Positions 59,560 through 64,000 of a stretch of 64,000 bases of DNA are shown piece after piece. Position numbers and translations under genes: made by a program. Below the pieces are notes generated by a model. The model was not told the DNA's origin. It saw only the letters and a list, made by a program, of their open reading frames with translations, and did not search any database. Numbering within the stretch: the first letter of the stretch is position 1; each line of letters starts with the position of its first letter. Origin of the DNA: Eledone cirrhosa (taxonomy: Eukaryota); NCBI GenBank assembly GCA_964016885.1, contig OZ024740.1:69254001-69318000 (forward strand), given 5' to 3'.

Positions 59560-60152
59560 TATAGAATGAAACGAAATTTCATTTCTCACTCTTAGTACAG
59601 CACTTACTTAAATGTAAGTATGCATGTATGTATACGTACATAAATATATGTATACAGACGCACACTAGTATGTATATATCTACATACATGCACACATATA
59701 TATATATATATGCACGTATCTGTTTACCGAACATTAATTATAATGCTCGGTTTGTTTGTTTGTAAACAAACAAACAGCCCGAATTACAGATGGTTGAACG
59801 TCTGAAAGTATATACCTTCCTTATGCATATCAACGGCTGAGCAGCCTAATTTGCATATCGAGTGAGTTCAGTCGACCGGGCACACCTAAAACGATAAATA
59901 GAATAGAATGAAACGAAATTTCATTTCTCACACTTAGTACGGCACTTACTTAAATGTAAGTATGCATAAACACTGTACGGCGTAATTCGGGCTGTTTGTT
60001 TGTTTACAAACAAACAAACCGAGCATTATAATAAATGTTCGGTAAACCGATACGTGCATATATATATATTTATATGTGTGCATGTATGTATATATATACA
60101 TACTACTGTGGGTCTGTATACATATATGTATGTACGTATACATACATACTTA
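59560..60152 (-). mobile_element. Retrozyme subfamily 2: HHR-deleted unit plus inverted partial unit
   Basis: Aligns with 62095-62555; deletion junction ccgaattac|agatgg near 59787; inversion at ~59968. Confidence 0.8.
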
Positions 60153-60170
60153 TATATATATATATATGAA

Positions 60171-60510
60171 TAAATTTAGTCCTTCATCAGTGATCTTCGA
60201 ACCTTCATTTGTATTACAGGGAAGCAGTAAGAAAGAAACAGACCGGTCACAGCGGAGGAAAATATATATGAATATGAAAACATGGCGTGCTGCGTGGTTG
60301 CAAATGGGTTACATATGACTAAATTTAGTCCTTCATCAGTGATCTTCCCACCTTCATTTGTATTACAGGGAAGCAGTAAGAAAGAAACAGACCGGTCACA
60401 GAGGAGGAAAATATATATGAATATGAAAACATGGCGTGCTGCGTGGTTGCAAATGGGTTACATATGACTAAATTTCGTCCTTCATCAGTGATCTTCCAAC
60501 CTTCATTGGT
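60171..60510. repeat. 149-bp tandem repeat (~2.3 units)
   Basis: Unit starts 60171, 60320, 60469. Confidence 0.9.
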
Positions 60511-60645
60511 ATTTCATCGCTTTGAAGACCATATATCTCTGGTTGGTGCGAGCAAGGGCTAAAGAATGTCTTTGGGACACCTAAATAGCGGGAACGAGCG
60601 AGACAGTAAACAAGCAAAGATGGTAATGCAACGAAAAGTGAGAAA

Positions 60646-60903
60646 GAAGGAGTCAAGTCCCTGAAATCGATGAACATAACTTCTGTGAAATCGTGGACGA
60701 GAGATAATAAAGACCATCAAACCTGGTCGAAATGTGAGTAAAGAAAGAATTTCGAACAGGTCAAACCGGAGGACGAAGGAGTCAATTCCCTGAAATCGAT
60801 GAACATAAGTTCTGTGAAATCGTAGACGAGAGAGAATAAAGACCATCCGACCTGGTCGAAGTGTGAGTGAGGAAAGAATCTCGCACAGGTCAAACGGGAG
60901 GAA
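60646..60903. repeat. 129-bp tandem duplication
   Basis: gaaggagtcaa at 60646 and 60775. Confidence 0.85.
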
Positions 60904-60969
60904 GTAGGAGAGGCCGAAGCAGAGAGTGAGTGAGTGAAAGTGTGCGGAAGAGGCTAACAGAGAGAGTGA

Positions 60970-61011
<42 letters not shown>

Positions 61012-61379
61012 TGTAAATTTTCTACTCTAACCATAAATTTCAGTAGCACCACTCCACATAAATTCCTCAATTTAAGAATGACCTGTAGTATCTATTTCAT
61101 ACTATTAACCTTAATTGAATATATATCTGACCAAGAATGCTTTTTGTGAAAATCAGTCATATGGAACTATTGTCATCTTGCCTGACGGTTTGAACTTTAC
61201 AAAACCACCTGCCGCTTTGAGGTCGAATACCAACCCTACTAGCATCTTCAAACTGACCAATGAGAATGAAGACTATTCCTGTTGACAACATAAAATTATT
61301 CCTAACAGGTTCATATGTCCCAAGGCTCTGAGACCATTAGCACTATAAACACAGAGCAGGCATATCTAAGAACTGACTA

Positions 61380-61435
61380 ACTGCCTGATGAGGTCATAGC
61401 CATTCAATTGCTGTCATCGAAATATATATAGCAGT
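61380..61435 (+). ncRNA. Type I HHR in a PLE 3' remnant (~61010-61480)
   Basis: actgc-CTGATGA-ggtcatagc...gctgtcatc-GAA-ATATATAT-A-gcagt, then aataaa. Confidence 0.8.
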
Positions 61436-61476
61436 AAATAAAGGATTATGAGTTCTTGCAATTGACTTATGTTTCG

Positions 61477-61531
<55 letters not shown>

Positions 61532-62040
61532 TTCTTTGAGCTAATATTATTATTATTACTGTGAACTGCGGAATACTCTTAACTCCGATCCTTGTATACT
61601 TAACGAGCTCCAAATTGTTGAGCTAATAAATTCGAATGGTTTGGATGCTCTCTCTAGCGTGTTCCCCAATCCATGAGAGCCGTTATTTGATGCAAATAAC
61701 ACGTGATTTCGCTCTACACTGGGCAGCGTGTACATTAGCTTTCTCTCTATCCATGAGGTTAGATGTGTCGTGAACAGAATCCACACATGCTGACTGAGGA
61801 ACCTGTGGGCTGTTAAACTGCACATTTCTGTAGCGAAACGAACTAGATTCGTATCAGCAAGCTTATAGTTATAAGGTTGCTAATTTAAAACTCTACTTCA
61901 GAGATTTGATTCTGACTTAGTTCTTTTCTATTTAATTGCTAACCTGTAGATATTCTTCTCCATACAGTAACGGTTAAACTCACTTGTATTATCCTTTACA
62001 CACATCTCACGGTGTAACACACTTCTCTTTGTGTAATATT

Positions 62041-62094
<54 letters not shown>

Positions 62095-62096
<2 letters not shown>

Positions 62097-62555
62097 TAAT
62101 GTAAGTATGTGTGTATACGTACATACATATATGTATACAGACTACAGTAGTATGTTTATATATACATACATGCACACATATATATATGCACGTATCGGTT
62201 TACCGAACATTTATTATAATGCCCGGTTTGTTTGTTTGTAAAAAAACAATAGCCCGAATTACGCCGTACAGTGTTTAGGCAACCACGTCACCTTTTTGTT
62301 GAACACTGACACAGGAACGATGTACTAGTTTCAAGCTTATTAGCTATCGTCAGCATCGTATACCTTCCTTCCAGATGGTTAAACGTCTGAAAGTATATAC
62401 TTTCCTTATGCATATTAACGGCTGAGCAGCCTAATTTGCATATCGAGTGAGATCAGTCGGCTGGGCGCACCGAAAACGATGAAAGGAATAGAATGAAACG
62501 AAATTTCATTTCTCACTCTTAGTACGGCACTTACTTAAATGTAAGTATGTATGTA
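62095..62555 (-). mobile_element. Retrozyme subfamily 2, just over one ~440-bp monomer; HHR at 62317-62359
   Basis: acgatg-CTGACGA-tagct aata agctt-GAA-ACtaGT-A-catcgt; terminal redundancy aatgtaagtatg at 62098 and 62538. Confidence 0.88.
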
Positions 62556-62643
62556 TGTTATTAAACAAAAGACAAATTATTAACTAATCAAGAGAATTGT
62601 CTACTAATTAAATTAATAATTAGTTAATTATTAAATCTAGGAG

Positions 62644-63072
<429 letters not shown>

Positions 63073-63087
63073 GTATATTTGTATATA

Positions 63088-64000
<913 letters not shown>

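Overview
This is AT-rich eukaryotic intergenic DNA, most likely cephalopod/octopod judging by the SINE type. No host protein-coding gene is recognisable, and most ORF-track entries are translations of (TA)n/(CA)n/(GA)n microsatellites. The window is dominated by Penelope-like retroelements (PLEs; RT + GIY-YIG) of at least four protein types sitting in (TA)n tracts, plus RTE-LINE remnants and tRNA-derived SINEs. Both strands carry about 20 type I hammerhead-ribozyme (HHR) motifs. Highlights: (1) a near-perfect 466-bp tandem array with one intact HHR, an ATGCAAAT octamer and a terminal hairpin per unit, i.e. a candidate retrozyme/circular-RNA system, with a related ~440-bp subfamily at 59.5-63.1 kb; (2) a two-ORF PLE whose coiled-coil ORF1 joins RT-EN through an in-frame U_UUU_UUA -1 slippery site; (3) recurrent fold-back insertions, some hinged on the ribozyme itself; (4) family-fixed non-canonical HHR cores. 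Coordinates were read by eye and may be off by a few bases. Clade names are motif-based, not database-verified.
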